Assembly (NCBI GenBank): GCA_963737155.1
Contig: CAVTRN010000002.1
Coordinates: forward strand, 3,014,662 to 3,078,661
Reading direction: 5' to 3'
Length of the DNA stretch: 64,000 bases
Source: Nitrospirota bacterium
GTDB taxonomy: Bacteria > Nitrospirota > UBA9217
The position numbers and the translations under genes are program-made. Under the pieces are notes generated by a model that did no database searches, had not been told where the DNA came from, and saw only the letters and a program-made list of their open reading frames with translations. The stretch's first letter is position 1; each line of letters starts with the position of its first letter. Positions 8,955 to 19,496 of this stretch are shown piece by piece.

Positions 8955-9701
8955 ATGGGGAAAGTCGCGCTTATTACCGGCGCAAGCAAGCGCATTGGCC
9001 GCGCAATCGCGATGGCTCTAGCGGAAGAGGGTGTAGGCATCGTAGCCCATGACCGAGGAGCCCTGGAGACGGAGATTGAAAATATCTGTGAGGAAGTAGC
9101 TGACTGCGGTGCGAAGTCGTGGAAAGTCATGGCGGATTTGGAGAAGCCTCAAGAGTATGAGTCTCTGATCGCGCGGTCGATCAAGACAGCGGGATCGCTC
9201 GACATCCTCATAAACAATGCGGCGATCTTTCTACCCAGTACGATAGTAGACGTAGGCTTTGATGACGTAAGACGGCATCTGCAAGTGAACGCTTGGGCAC
9301 CCTTTGTTTTAAGCCGCGAATTCGCAAGGCTTGCGGGGCGCGGTAAAATCATAAACCTGCTTGACACAAGGATTGCCGGCTATGACCGGGAGCACACGGC
9401 ATACGTTCTAAGCAAACAAATGCTCGCAACAATGACTAGAATGTGCGCGCTGGAATTCGCACCGGCAATCACAGTAAACGGCATTGCTCCCGGCTTGATC
9501 CTCCCCCCCGCAGAAAAGGATGAGGGTTATCTTGACCGGCTTGCGCAGACTGTACCGCTCAGGAAGCACGGCGAACCCGGCGATGTCACCAGCGCAGTGC
9601 TCTATCTGCTCAGAAGTGACTTCATCACGGGCCAGATAATTTATATCGATGGCGGCCGGCATTTACTGGAGGACGGCAATGGACCGGATTCTGATAAGTG
9701 A
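8955..9701 (+). CDS. folM: pteridine/dihydromonapterin reductase (SDR)
   Basis: TGASKRIG (Arg typical of PTR1/FolM), INNA, YVLSK, VNGIAPGLIL, DGGRHL. Confidence 0.82.
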   Translation: MGKVALITGASKRIGRAIAMALAEEGVGIVAHDRGALETEIENICEEVADCGAKSWKVMADLEKPQEYESLIARSIKTAGSLDILINNAAIFLPSTIVDVGFDDVRRHLQVNAWAPFVLSREFARLAGRGKIINLLDTRIAGYDREHTAYVLSKQMLATMTRMCALEFAPAITVNGIAPGLILPPAEKDEGYLDRLAQTVPLRKHGEPGDVTSAVLYLLRSDFITGQIIYIDGGRHLLEDGNGPDSDK

Positions 9702-10044
9702 TCTTCTGGTACGGTGTATTATCGGGATCGGCGAGGAAGAGCGGCGCGAAAGGCAGGATATCGTGATAAACTTGTCCCTTTCAACAGATTTAAGCAAAGC
9801 GGCAAGAAGCGACAATCTTGATGACGCTGTGGACTACCGGGAATTGAAAAAGCGGATTGTGAATATGGCTGAGCTATCGAGTTACCGCCTCGTAGAAGCC
9901 TTGGCCCAGGCTATTGCCGATATCTGCCTCGTCCATCCGGCCATATCGCAGGTTCAAGTTCGCGTGGAAAAACCCGGTGCCCTACGATTCGCCAGGACCG
10001 TGGGCGTGGAAATCACGCGGAACCAGAGTAAGAAGGAGTTATGA
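9679..10044 (+). CDS. folB: dihydroneopterin aldolase (FolB/FolX family)
   Basis: IIGIGEEERRERQ, VDY, LVEALA, VEKPGALRFA. Confidence 0.85.
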   Translation: MDRILISDLLVRCIIGIGEEERRERQDIVINLSLSTDLSKAARSDNLDDAVDYRELKKRIVNMAELSSYRLVEALAQAIADICLVHPAISQVQVRVEKPGALRFARTVGVEITRNQSKKEL

Positions 10045-10604
10045 TCCGAGCGTTCATAAGCGTGGGGTCCAACATCAAACCCGCGACCAACACCGAGCAG
10101 GCGATCCACATGCTCGCCAACGAAACACAAATAACTGGCATATCGATGGTGTATCTCACGGCGGCCGAAGGCAGACCCGGGCAGCCGTCTTACTATAATT
10201 GCGTGGTCGAAATCGAAACAGATTTGCCGCCCACTGTATTGAAGAATCAGGTTCTCCGCGATATCGAGGCAAAGCTAGGACGCGTCCGGACCGAAGACAA
10301 ATTCGCCGCTAGGACAATCGACCTCGACCTGATTCTCTACGGGGAACTTGTTATGACCTCCGACGACCTTACGCTCCCGGATCCCAATATCCTTCGCAGG
10401 CCGTTTTTAGCGATCCCGCTGCGAGAGCTCATTGCGGGATCGATCCTGCCGGGATCCGACCTCCGCATCGACGACATTGCCGAGAGTCTCGTGGGAAGCC
10501 CGATGAAACCGCTCGCAAGCTACACCAAGCAAATCCGAAAGGACCTTCTCCATGGTCGAAAACAAGGAACGAGTCGAGAAGCTGGTACGAGAGTTACTGG
10601 TTGA
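10041..10604 (+). CDS. folK: 6-hydroxymethyl-7,8-dihydropterin pyrophosphokinase
   Basis: [24 protein letters not shown]. Confidence 0.9.
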   Translation: MIRAFISVGSNIKPATNTEQAIHMLANETQITGISMVYLTAAEGRPGQPSYYNCVVEIETDLPPTVLKNQVLRDIEAKLGRVRTEDKFAARTIDLDLILYGELVMTSDDLTLPDPNILRRPFLAIPLRELIAGSILPGSDLRIDDIAESLVGSPMKPLASYTKQIRKDLLHGRKQGTSREAGTRVTG

Positions 10605-11130
10605 GTTGGGCGAGGACCCCGACAGAGAAGGCCTAGTCAAAACTCCGAAGCGCGTAGCCGAAGCCCTCGCCTATCTGACGTCTGGGTATCACGCCGATAT
10701 CCAGCGGCTGATCAACGAGGCCATATTCGAGCAGAAAACGACTAGCATGGTCGTGGTCAAGGACATTGAAGTCTACAGCCTCTGCGAGCATCATATGCTT
10801 CCGTTCTATGGTCGCTGCCACATCGGCTACATCCCCCGGGGTCGGGTATTTGGCATTAGCAAGCTAGCCCGTCTCGTCGACATGTATGCACGACGGCTCC
10901 AAATCCAGGAGCGGCTGACGGAGCAGATTGCCTATGCGATCAAGGACTCCATTAATGCCGATGGTGTCGGCGTGATGATCGAAGCGCGCCACCTGTGCAT
11001 GATGATGCGTGGCGTCGAAAAACAGAATTCGATGTTCGTGACTTCGTCAGTGCTCGGGGTTTTTCGATCCATCCCGGCGACAAGAGAGGAATTCTTGTCG
11101 ATCATCAACAGGCCGAGAACGGACATTTAA
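10552..11130 (+). CDS. folE: GTP cyclohydrolase I
   Basis: [37 protein letters not shown]. Confidence 0.97.
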   Translation: MVENKERVEKLVRELLVELGEDPDREGLVKTPKRVAEALAYLTSGYHADIQRLINEAIFEQKTTSMVVVKDIEVYSLCEHHMLPFYGRCHIGYIPRGRVFGISKLARLVDMYARRLQIQERLTEQIAYAIKDSINADGVGVMIEARHLCMMMRGVEKQNSMFVTSSVLGVFRSIPATREEFLSIINRPRTDI

Positions 11131-11291
11131 TTTCGATAAGCCATTGAAGGGCGAATAAAAATCTCAGCGCGGGACGGTCAAAGGAATCGATTTTTTCGGG
11201 CAGCGAGTCATAGGGCCCCCTTCGAAATCCCCAGCGACCGCAAAATGCAGCTTCGGGCGTGTTCGAACTTGTTAGTAGACAATGCTCACTT

Positions 11292-11328
11292 GGACGCTGC
11301 CCACAGCTGAATCGTCCGTTCTTTTTTT
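11292..11328 (+). terminator. possible intrinsic terminator after folE
   Basis: GGACG...CGTCC stem followed by a T7 run. Confidence 0.35.
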
Positions 11329-11453
11329 GCTTAAAAACAGTCCGAAACAACACTTCGATTTGACCCGATTCGGCGTCCTTTACGCCTGGAATACATCAGA
11401 GTCAGGGCAATTGAGGACTCAACAGAACATTCAACCCAGTCGGGCAGCCAGCA

Positions 11454-11927
11454 TCATCGTCCGGATTCCCGTTTCGTTCTGAGGAGGTGCTTTTCGATCA
11501 TTCGTTTGATTGCTTCTCTGAGTTCATCGTCTCCAACCGCATGAACGGACTGATCGATCATTTTCCTTTCCTCTCGAGTAATAACCTCAGGAAACTGCTC
11601 CCTCTCAGGCAACTGTGCAGGTAACGATGCGATCTCACCGAGCTTGAGCGTGATGTCCCGAACTGTATCGGCACCCAGGTTGCTGTTCAGTTTCCCGATA
11701 ATTTCCGGCTTCATCAGCGAGAGCTGCTGCATCCACGCCGGGCTGTCCACGATCAACAAAAGCCTGCCCCCGCGAAGCGTACGCGGTTGTGCATGCTGGG
11801 CAATTGCCGGACCCACCGTGCTGGCCCACCGACTTGAAATGCGATACTCGGGAAGCCGGCTTTGCATGCCACGCTCTTTGAGGATCTTATAGATGGTTGC
11901 CGAAAGTTTATCGATCTTCCGCGCCAT
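11454..11927 (-). CDS. dciA: DUF721/DciA family protein
   Basis: WASTVGPAIAQHAQP...LLLIVDSPAWMQQL...KLN pattern. Confidence 0.8.
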   Translation of the reverse strand: MARKIDKLSATIYKILKERGMQSRLPEYRISSRWASTVGPAIAQHAQPRTLRGGRLLLIVDSPAWMQQLSLMKPEIIGKLNSNLGADTVRDITLKLGEIASLPAQLPEREQFPEVITREERKMIDQSVHAVGDDELREAIKRMIEKHLLRTKRESGR

Positions 11928-12350
11928 GGTTACACATAGCCCCTCAGAAAATGTGAATAATTGGTTTTGAACATGTGCTGTTATTGCCTAATCGATGACT
12001 GACGGCCAGTATGCTACCGTCCGTCGCCGATAGTAAACATCACGTAGATTCACTCCATGTTTAAACATCAAAGATGTTTTTTATTACCGTCCACACCCAT
12101 CTTTTCAGACTCTTTTCGCGATTGTTTTCTATACGCTCGACCGTCGGTACCTCCTGGTAGTCGCATGCCGTCTAGTTACACCCACGATAATCCCCGCGAC
12201 CGCATCCGTCGATTTTTGCACCTTGTGACCGGGTGAATACCCTCCGTTGCCTTCTTTCATGATCTTGCATTCCGGATTGTTTTCATTCACATGGGCTTCA
12301 GCCTTTATCGCGATTCACTGTTCCTTGGTTCATTCCCTGCGGCGTGTAAC

Positions 12351-12402
12351 ATCATAACATATCAAGAGTTGTTTTGACAACCGGGAATGAGATGGATATA
12401 AT
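12351..12402. promoter_or_regulatory. back-to-back sigma70 promoters with overlapping -35 boxes
   Basis: Plus strand: perfect TTGACA(12374)-N17-TATAAT(12397). Minus strand: TTGTCA(12380-75)-N18-TATGAT(12356-51) with TG extension. Confidence 0.7.
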
Positions 12403-12447
12403 AGTAAAATCCGCTGTGGTGAAATGACGCGGAGTCAGGAGCGAACA

Positions 12448-13443
12448 ATGCCAGAATTACGGAAAGACCCCATAACGGGTCGGTGGGTCATCATTTCATC
12501 TGAACGGGGCAAACGGCCGAACGAATTTCTGGACCAGCGCAACAAAAAAAGGACAGGGTTCTGCCCTTTCTGCGCAGGCAATGAACGAACCACGCCGCAC
12601 GAAATCCTTGCTTATCGGGACAGCGGACAACCCGACGGGCCGGGCTGGCGGTTGCGGACCGTACCAAATAAATTTCCCGCTCTCCAAATCGAGGGGGACC
12701 TGGACAAGCAGGGCGAAGGCATTTTCGACAAGATGAACGGAATCGGCGCCCATGAAGTCATCATCGAAAGTCCTGACCACAGTGCGACCCTCTCCACGCT
12801 GCCGGCGAAAGCCATGGAGGATGTGCTCTGGGCTTATCGAGACCGCATGGAGGACCTGAAAAGGGACAAACGATTCCAATATACTCTGATCTTCAAGAAC
12901 GAAGGCCTTATCGCGGGCGCTACGCTCGAGCACACCCATTCGCAGCTCATCGCCCTGCCTATCGTGCCGATACAGGTGCAGGAGGAGATCGAGGGCGCCA
13001 AGCGGCATTACAAACTCAAGGAGCGCTGCATTTACTGCGATATCATCAGGCAAGAGATGCAGAGTGCGATGCGAGTCATCCTCGAAACGCAGCTCTTCAT
13101 CGCCCTAGCCCCCTATGCGCCGCGGTTCCCCTTCGAGACGTGGATCCTTCCCAAAAAGCACCTTTCCTGTTATTCTTGTTCCACGAATGATGACTTTCGG
13201 GACCTCGCCGGAGTCCTGCAGAACATCCTGCGCAGGATCGACCGGGCACTTTCGAACCCGCCCTACAATTATGTTATCCATACCTCCCCGTTCCGCGACG
13301 AGAATAATGACTACTATCACTGGCACATCGAGCTGATGCCCAAGCTTACAAATGTTGCCGGTTTTGAGCGAGGATCGGGATTCTATATTAATCCCACGCC
13401 GCCCGAAGATGCCGCCAAGTTTCTTCGAGAAATCAAACTATGA
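12448..13443 (+). CDS. galT: galactose-1-phosphate uridylyltransferase (GalT/ADP-glucose phosphorylase family)
   Basis: MPELRKDP, CPFC, VPNKFPAL, GAHEVIIE, EHTHSQ catalytic motif. Confidence 0.92.
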   Translation: MPELRKDPITGRWVIISSERGKRPNEFLDQRNKKRTGFCPFCAGNERTTPHEILAYRDSGQPDGPGWRLRTVPNKFPALQIEGDLDKQGEGIFDKMNGIGAHEVIIESPDHSATLSTLPAKAMEDVLWAYRDRMEDLKRDKRFQYTLIFKNEGLIAGATLEHTHSQLIALPIVPIQVQEEIEGAKRHYKLKERCIYCDIIRQEMQSAMRVILETQLFIALAPYAPRFPFETWILPKKHLSCYSCSTNDDFRDLAGVLQNILRRIDRALSNPPYNYVIHTSPFRDENNDYYHWHIELMPKLTNVAGFERGSGFYINPTPPEDAAKFLREIKL

Positions 13444-14921
13444 AGATTCTTTTTGCGGCTTCGGAAGCCACCCCCTTCGCGAAAACTGGCGGCCTCGCCG
13501 ACGTCGCCGGGAGCCTTCCGCCCGCTCTTGCAGCGCTCGGTCATGACATCAGCGTCGTTCTGCCCCGCTACCGGCAGGTGGACGTCGCCCGGTACAAACT
13601 CAAACCTGTTGCCTCCTTCTTCGTCCCGATCGGCGCCTGGCAGGAACGCTGCGAGGTGCTCAAAGGTGCTACCAGTGGCGGGGTAACAGTCTATTTTATC
13701 AGCAAGGATATTTACTTCGACCGACCCGAGCTTTACGGGACGGGGCGGGCGGATTATTCCGACAACGCAGAGCGTTTCATTTTTTTTTCGCGAGCCGTTC
13801 TCGAATTGTGCATTGCCTTGGACTTGCGGTTCGAAATCGTGCACTGCAATGACTGGCAGACCGGCCTCGTTCCGCTCTACTTGAAGCAAGTCTACTGGAG
13901 GTCCGAAACGCTGCGCCGGACGCGATCGATATTCACGATCCACAATCTCGGGTACCAAGGTCTGTTTCGGCACGAGGATATGCGCCTTACCAACCTTACT
14001 TGGGACGTCTTTACGCCTGAAGGTTTTGAGTTTTGGGGCAAAATGAATTTTTTAAAAGCGGGTCTCGTTTATGCCGACCTGATTACGACAGTGAGTAGAA
14101 CCTACAGCCGGGAAATTCAGACACCGGAATATGGCTCCGGACTCGAAGGTGTGCTCAGAAACCGCTCTGCCGATCTTTTCGGGATAATGAATGGCATCGA
14201 CTATGCCGAGTGGGACCCTTCGCGCAACCATATCATACCCCAGGCTTTCAGCGCATCTCGGCTCGCCGGGAAGACGGTCTGCAGAAAAAAGATCCTCGCG
14301 CGGCTCGGCATGCCCGATTCCGATAGCCCGGTCGTTGGCATGGTCACACGCCTCGTTGACCAGAAGGGGCTTGATATCGTGACGGAAGCACTGCCGGAAA
14401 TCATGTCCATGGGAATACAGCTCATTATCCTGGGTACGGGCGACGAAAAATATCATCTCATCCTGAGCGACGCTGCAAGCCGTTACCCCGGTAGGATGCG
14501 CGTGCTGCTGCAATACAACGACAGTCTTGCGAAGAGCATCTATGCGGGCTGCGACATGTTCCTGATGCCATCGCGGTACGAGCCTTGTGGACTCGGGCAG
14601 ATGATTGCCCTCCGGTATGGGGCTGTTCCACTCGTGCGCAAAACCGGTGGGCTTGCGGATACGGTCGTGGATTATTCCGTGAAAACCAGCCGCGGAACAG
14701 GCTTTGTCTTTGAAGAATATTCGTCGTCCGCGCTCGTTGAATGCTTACGGCGAGCGATCAAGGTCTTCAGCAGTGGGATAAAATGGAAGCAAATCATGCA
14801 AGCCGGCATGAAGCAGGACCTGTCCTGGGAGCGATCCGCAAAAGAATACGTAAAGGTGTATAAAAAAGCAATGAGAAAAATTGAGGGTCACGGGTCATCG
14901 GGCACGCAGCAAGTCAAGTAA
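13440..14921 (+). CDS. glgA: glycogen synthase
   Basis: KTGGLADV, HCNDWQT, TIHNL, PSRYEPCGL. Confidence 0.96.
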   Translation: MKILFAASEATPFAKTGGLADVAGSLPPALAALGHDISVVLPRYRQVDVARYKLKPVASFFVPIGAWQERCEVLKGATSGGVTVYFISKDIYFDRPELYGTGRADYSDNAERFIFFSRAVLELCIALDLRFEIVHCNDWQTGLVPLYLKQVYWRSETLRRTRSIFTIHNLGYQGLFRHEDMRLTNLTWDVFTPEGFEFWGKMNFLKAGLVYADLITTVSRTYSREIQTPEYGSGLEGVLRNRSADLFGIMNGIDYAEWDPSRNHIIPQAFSASRLAGKTVCRKKILARLGMPDSDSPVVGMVTRLVDQKGLDIVTEALPEIMSMGIQLIILGTGDEKYHLILSDAASRYPGRMRVLLQYNDSLAKSIYAGCDMFLMPSRYEPCGLGQMIALRYGAVPLVRKTGGLADTVVDYSVKTSRGTGFVFEEYSSSALVECLRRAIKVFSSGIKWKQIMQAGMKQDLSWERSAKEYVKVYKKAMRKIEGHGSSGTQQVK

Positions 14922-14956
14922 AAACCTTGGCGAATGCTTCTTGACCTTATTCAACC

Positions 14957-17341
14957 ATGGAAGCGCTCGAAAAAGCAGGGCTCAGCATCCTGAGCGATAT
15001 CAGCCGCATATCGAATTCCACCATCGATCTCACCGAGAAGCTCCGGCGCATCGAGGAAGTCGTTGTCCGGGGAATGGTCAAGGACGGCGCATCCGTTTTT
15101 CTGGTTGACCCGTCCGGAAAAACGGTCACGCTCACCTCGGCAATCGGCCTGAACCAGGAATCGGTGGGCAGGATGAGCTTTCCCCTTGGCATGGGGATCG
15201 CGGGATGGGTGGCGGAGCAGAAGGTGCCACTTGCACTCGAAGACCCCTACTCCGACCCGCGGTTCGTGTATGTGCCCGAATCGGGCATCGAAAAATTCAA
15301 GTCCATTGTGGCCGCGCCCATCATGGATGAAGACCGCTGCCTCGGCGTGATCTTCGTGCTCTCTCTGTCGGCGTGGCAGGCCACATCGTCGGAGCTGACG
15401 CTCCTTACGACCACGGCAAACGAAATCGCAGGGGTGATCAAAAGCGCCCAGCTGATTCGGAACATCCAGGACCGCCTATCCGATCTTTCTACTATCTATG
15501 AAATCGGAATGGCGCTCACCTCCACGCTCGACCTAGAGCAGCTTCTGTCGCTCATCGCTAAGAACAGTGTTCAGTCTTTACGGGCCCAGGGTTGCACCAT
15601 CCGGCTTATGAACATCCCTGAAATTCCTTCCAGCAAGACGTTCGCATCGTATAATATCGCGGGCAATGTGATTATGGATATCGATGCACGAATCGGACAG
15701 GCCGTAACCGACCGAGTAGCGGGGGAAAAACGTCCGATTCTGATCAAAAACGCGCATCAGGATGCCGCTCTCTGCGAACAGCTTTCTGCCGTCGCCTGCT
15801 CTCTCATCAGCATCCCCCTGCTTTTCCGTGAAAAGGTTATCGGAATTATCACAGTATACACTACGGATGAAAACCGGCCCTTCAAGGAGGACGACCTACA
15901 ATTCCTGACCACCGTGGCCAGCGGCGCAACGGTGGCCATCGAAAACGCGGCCATGTATGAGCGCATGGAATCCCTTGCAATAGAGGCGCGAACCCGTGCT
16001 CAGGAACTTGCCATTCTTAACGACATAGGCACGGCCATGAGCACCACGCTCAACCTCGACCGGCTTCTCAGAATCATTCTTACGGCAGCCACCATGGGAG
16101 GCAGCGGCCTAGGATTCAACCGCGCAATCCTTCTGCTCACAAACGAGCGGACCGACATGCTGCAAGGAATGATGGGCGTCGGGCCAGCGAGCTGGGATGA
16201 GGCTGGCCGGGCCTGGAGCGAGGTGTCAAGCAAGCATCAGAGCCTCATGGAATGGATCCAAACCGGTGAGCTTTTCGAACACCGTGAGTCTGCGCTCAAC
16301 ACACTCGCGCGAAGTATCAGGGTCTCACTGGACCCGGCTGAAGGGGTCTTGGCACTTACGGTTCTGGACAAGCAGCCCCACAATATCACAAATGCCGCCT
16401 CGGACCCACTCGTCCGCCGTGAGTTGCGCGACATACTCGCAGTGAACAGCTTCGCCACGGTCCCGCTTATCGCAAAGGACCGCGTCATCGGCGTCATCCT
16501 CGTCGACAACATGTTCAATCAGCGGCCTATCACGAATGGAGATATCCGCTTCCTCACTATGTTTGCGCACCAAGCGGCCCTTGCTATTGAAAATGCCATC
16601 ATCCATACGAACCTCGCAACCATGAATAAGGAAATGCGCGCCTTGCACGAGCAACTCGTTCAATCCGAAAAAATGGCCGCTCTCGGCGCAATGATGGCTG
16701 AGATAACTCATGAGATCAGAAACCCCTTGGTCTCGATCGGCGGTTTCACGCGAAGACTCGCAAAAAAGCTGCAGAATAGCGAGGAAAAAAAATATATCGA
16801 TATCATCCTGAGCGAGGTCACCCGACTCGAAGGGATCATCCATGACAATCTGACCTATATTAAAGAGGTGGCCCCACAGCCGGCCAAGACGGACATTTCT
16901 GCCCTCATCCGGGAAATCCTCATGCTCTACGAGGACGAGATAGCTCTGCGGCATATCAACGTGGAAACGGATTTTGCTCCGGCACTCCCAGAGCTAATGA
17001 TTGATGCCACTCAGATCAAGCAGGCCGCCATCAACATCCTGAAAAATGCCATGGAAGCCATGGAAAACGGCGGCACTCTGACCGTCAGGACTTATCCGTC
17101 CGACGCAACAAAGGAAGCCTCGATCGAATTTGGAGACACGGGGCCGGGCGTATCCTCGAAAGCCATGCACAATGTCTTTAATCCCTATTACACCACGAAG
17201 ACACGCGGTACGGGGCTGGGGCTTCCTATCACGAACCGGATCATTAAAGCGCACCGGGGCAGGATCGAGCTGCGGAACAAGGACACCGGAGGGGCGGTCT
17301 TTACCATCAAGCTGCCCTACGGCGATTGGAGAGAAAAATAG
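14957..17341 (+). CDS. triple-GAF sensor histidine kinase
   Basis: Three GAF-like repeats; HEIRNPL H-box; N box, DTGPG and GTGLGL boxes. Confidence 0.92.
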   Translation: MEALEKAGLSILSDISRISNSTIDLTEKLRRIEEVVVRGMVKDGASVFLVDPSGKTVTLTSAIGLNQESVGRMSFPLGMGIAGWVAEQKVPLALEDPYSDPRFVYVPESGIEKFKSIVAAPIMDEDRCLGVIFVLSLSAWQATSSELTLLTTTANEIAGVIKSAQLIRNIQDRLSDLSTIYEIGMALTSTLDLEQLLSLIAKNSVQSLRAQGCTIRLMNIPEIPSSKTFASYNIAGNVIMDIDARIGQAVTDRVAGEKRPILIKNAHQDAALCEQLSAVACSLISIPLLFREKVIGIITVYTTDENRPFKEDDLQFLTTVASGATVAIENAAMYERMESLAIEARTRAQELAILNDIGTAMSTTLNLDRLLRIILTAATMGGSGLGFNRAILLLTNERTDMLQGMMGVGPASWDEAGRAWSEVSSKHQSLMEWIQTGELFEHRESALNTLARSIRVSLDPAEGVLALTVLDKQPHNITNAASDPLVRRELRDILAVNSFATVPLIAKDRVIGVILVDNMFNQRPITNGDIRFLTMFAHQAALAIENAIIHTNLATMNKEMRALHEQLVQSEKMAALGAMMAEITHEIRNPLVSIGGFTRRLAKKLQNSEEKKYIDIILSEVTRLEGIIHDNLTYIKEVAPQPAKTDISALIREILMLYEDEIALRHINVETDFAPALPELMIDATQIKQAAINILKNAMEAMENGGTLTVRTYPSDATKEASIEFGDTGPGVSSKAMHNVFNPYYTTKTRGTGLGLPITNRIIKAHRGRIELRNKDTGGAVFTIKLPYGDWREK

Positions 17342-17428
17342 CCGGCGTAATTCGATGTTTTTTCCTTATCCATAGCGGATTTCAGAAGCGGGACTATAAA
17401 GAATGGAGTTATCTACAAGGAGGCACTG

Positions 17429-17779
17429 ATGAAAAAAATACTGGTTGTCGATGATGAGGAGAACATCCGGGAGTTGTACCGGATCGAATTCGAGGACATG
17501 GGGTATGCTGTGACCGTTGTCTCCGACGGAATTCAAGCGCTCAAGAAGATGGATACGGACAAGTTCGACCTTGTCACGCTGGACATGCGCATGCCAGATA
17601 TAGACGGAATCGAGACGCTGCGCAAGATGAAGGAAAAGGATAACGCGCTGCCGGTTATCATCTGTACGGCCTATGAAGAGTACAAACAGGACTTCGGCAG
17701 CTGGTGCTCCGAAGCTTACGTCGTAAAATCGGCGGATACATCACTCCTCCGCGAAACGGTCAAGAAGATTCTCGGATGA
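17429..17779 (+). CDS. single-domain response regulator
   Basis: ILVVDDE, LDMRMP, TA, VVK. Confidence 0.93.
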   Translation: MKKILVVDDEENIRELYRIEFEDMGYAVTVVSDGIQALKKMDTDKFDLVTLDMRMPDIDGIETLRKMKEKDNALPVIICTAYEEYKQDFGSWCSEAYVVKSADTSLLRETVKKILG

Positions 17780-19065
17780 ACGAGCGCGTCGAGCTCACTA
17801 TTGAAAAACTGGTCTGTGGCGGAAACGGGCTGGCACGTCTAGACACGGGCCAAGTCGTGTTCGTCTCCGGCGTCCTGCCGCGCGAGCGAGTTGCCGTGGT
17901 TATCAGGCGGAAGCGAAAAGGCATTCTCGAGGCCGACCTCGTCAAAGTTCTGTCTTCCTCTCAGGACCGCAATGATCCGCCCTGCAGCGGGGAGAAACAA
18001 TGCACCGGTGCGACATGGCCGCATATTGCCTACCCGGCACAGCTTCGGTACAAGCAAGAGATTCTGCTCGATACGCTGGAGAAGATTGGCGGCATGAAGC
18101 CAGCCCGTCCCCTTCCCATTCTACCCTCTCCCCGGATTGACCATTACAGGCTGCGCGCACAGTTCAATGTTCGCTCATCAGAAGGAAAACAACGGATTGG
18201 TTTTTTCCGACAGGGTTCCTATGACCTCATCGAGGTCGAAGATGCCTTTCTCATTGAGCCGCTCATCAACAAGACGCTGAACGCCATCCGGTTTCTGGAA
18301 CCGAAACTGCCACCTCTGAAGGAAATCCATATCAACGCAACCTCGGCCGGGGAAGTTCACTTGTTATTTTTCAGCGAGCAGAACACTCTACCTTCAGTGG
18401 ATACATTCTTTGGCGAACTCAGAAAGGCAATACCCGAAGTGATCGGGATCACGGGATTCGCAAACCGCAAAAAAGCGTTCACCATCGGGAATAACCAGCT
18501 GACACTCGAAAATCAGGAGTTGACGTTCCACACTACGGAGGGGAACTTTTACCAGGTCAACTGGGAGCAGAACAAGAACATGGTGAAAACCGTGCTCGAA
18601 TTCGCTTCCCTCACAGGGAATGAAACCGTGCTCGACCTCTACTGCGGAATCGGAAATTTCGCTTTGCCCCTCGCAAAACGGGCTAAAACCGTTATCGGGA
18701 TTGAATCGGGATATTCGGCCATTGAGGATGCTAAAGCCAACGCCATATTAAATGGCATCAAGAATACCGAATTCATTGCCGATGACCTCCAGAAGGGGCT
18801 GAAGACCTTGATACAGCGCAAATTGCGAGCCCATACCATCGTCCTCGATCCGCCTCGCGCCGGAGCAACCTTAAAAACACTGGAACGTGCGCTCGCCTTT
18901 GTCCCGCAGAAGATCATCTATGTTTCCTGTAATCCCTCGACGCTCGCGCGAGACCTCAATTTTTTCCACCTTTTCGGCTTTTTCCTTGACCGGCTTCAAC
19001 CGGTGGACATGTTCCCCTGGACCTATCACATAGAATGCGTAGCGGAAATGGTGAGAACAGCTTGA
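17776..19065 (+). CDS. rlmD: 23S rRNA (uracil-C5)-methyltransferase, RlmD/TrmA family
   Basis: TRAM N-terminus, FYQVN, DLYCGIGNF, DPPRAG, YVSCNP, DMFP..HIE. Confidence 0.9.
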   Translation: MNERVELTIEKLVCGGNGLARLDTGQVVFVSGVLPRERVAVVIRRKRKGILEADLVKVLSSSQDRNDPPCSGEKQCTGATWPHIAYPAQLRYKQEILLDTLEKIGGMKPARPLPILPSPRIDHYRLRAQFNVRSSEGKQRIGFFRQGSYDLIEVEDAFLIEPLINKTLNAIRFLEPKLPPLKEIHINATSAGEVHLLFFSEQNTLPSVDTFFGELRKAIPEVIGITGFANRKKAFTIGNNQLTLENQELTFHTTEGNFYQVNWEQNKNMVKTVLEFASLTGNETVLDLYCGIGNFALPLAKRAKTVIGIESGYSAIEDAKANAILNGIKNTEFIADDLQKGLKTLIQRKLRAHTIVLDPPRAGATLKTLERALAFVPQKIIYVSCNPSTLARDLNFFHLFGFFLDRLQPVDMFPWTYHIECVAEMVRTA

Positions 19066-19496
19066 AATCGGAAACAGCTATCGTTCAGTAAATGGCCATT
19101 TCCCACCAGTGCCGCCTGTAAGATTTTTCGATAACGTTTTGCGCGGCATTCATGATGACCTTCTTTTTTTCGTGCTTCCGAAATCGGTATCCGTATTTGT
19201 TGATTGTTTCTCGATGATTCACTGTAGAATGATCTGCTCATCCTTCCTGCCAATCAGCGAAGCCCTATGATTCACGAAATGCACTTCGGTGATAACTCTT
19301 TTCACCATCGTAATATTCGTGATAGCTTTATCATGTCACGAGCGGAGATTTTTTTCATATATCCCACTCTCCGCTTTTCCCATCCGTACAGAAGTCTCAC
19401 CTAGAAGGTTTGCGCATGTGCAACCCGCAGGAGACAGGGGCAAAGCAAGAACCAGCATCAGCAGGCTGGTTATTTCCGACTTTCGTAAACATACTT

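Noticed and set aside
12298-12333. MNQGTVNRDKG* resembling a cold-shock protein N-terminus
   Set aside because: Only 11 codons, lacks KWF and the RNP motifs; likely chance
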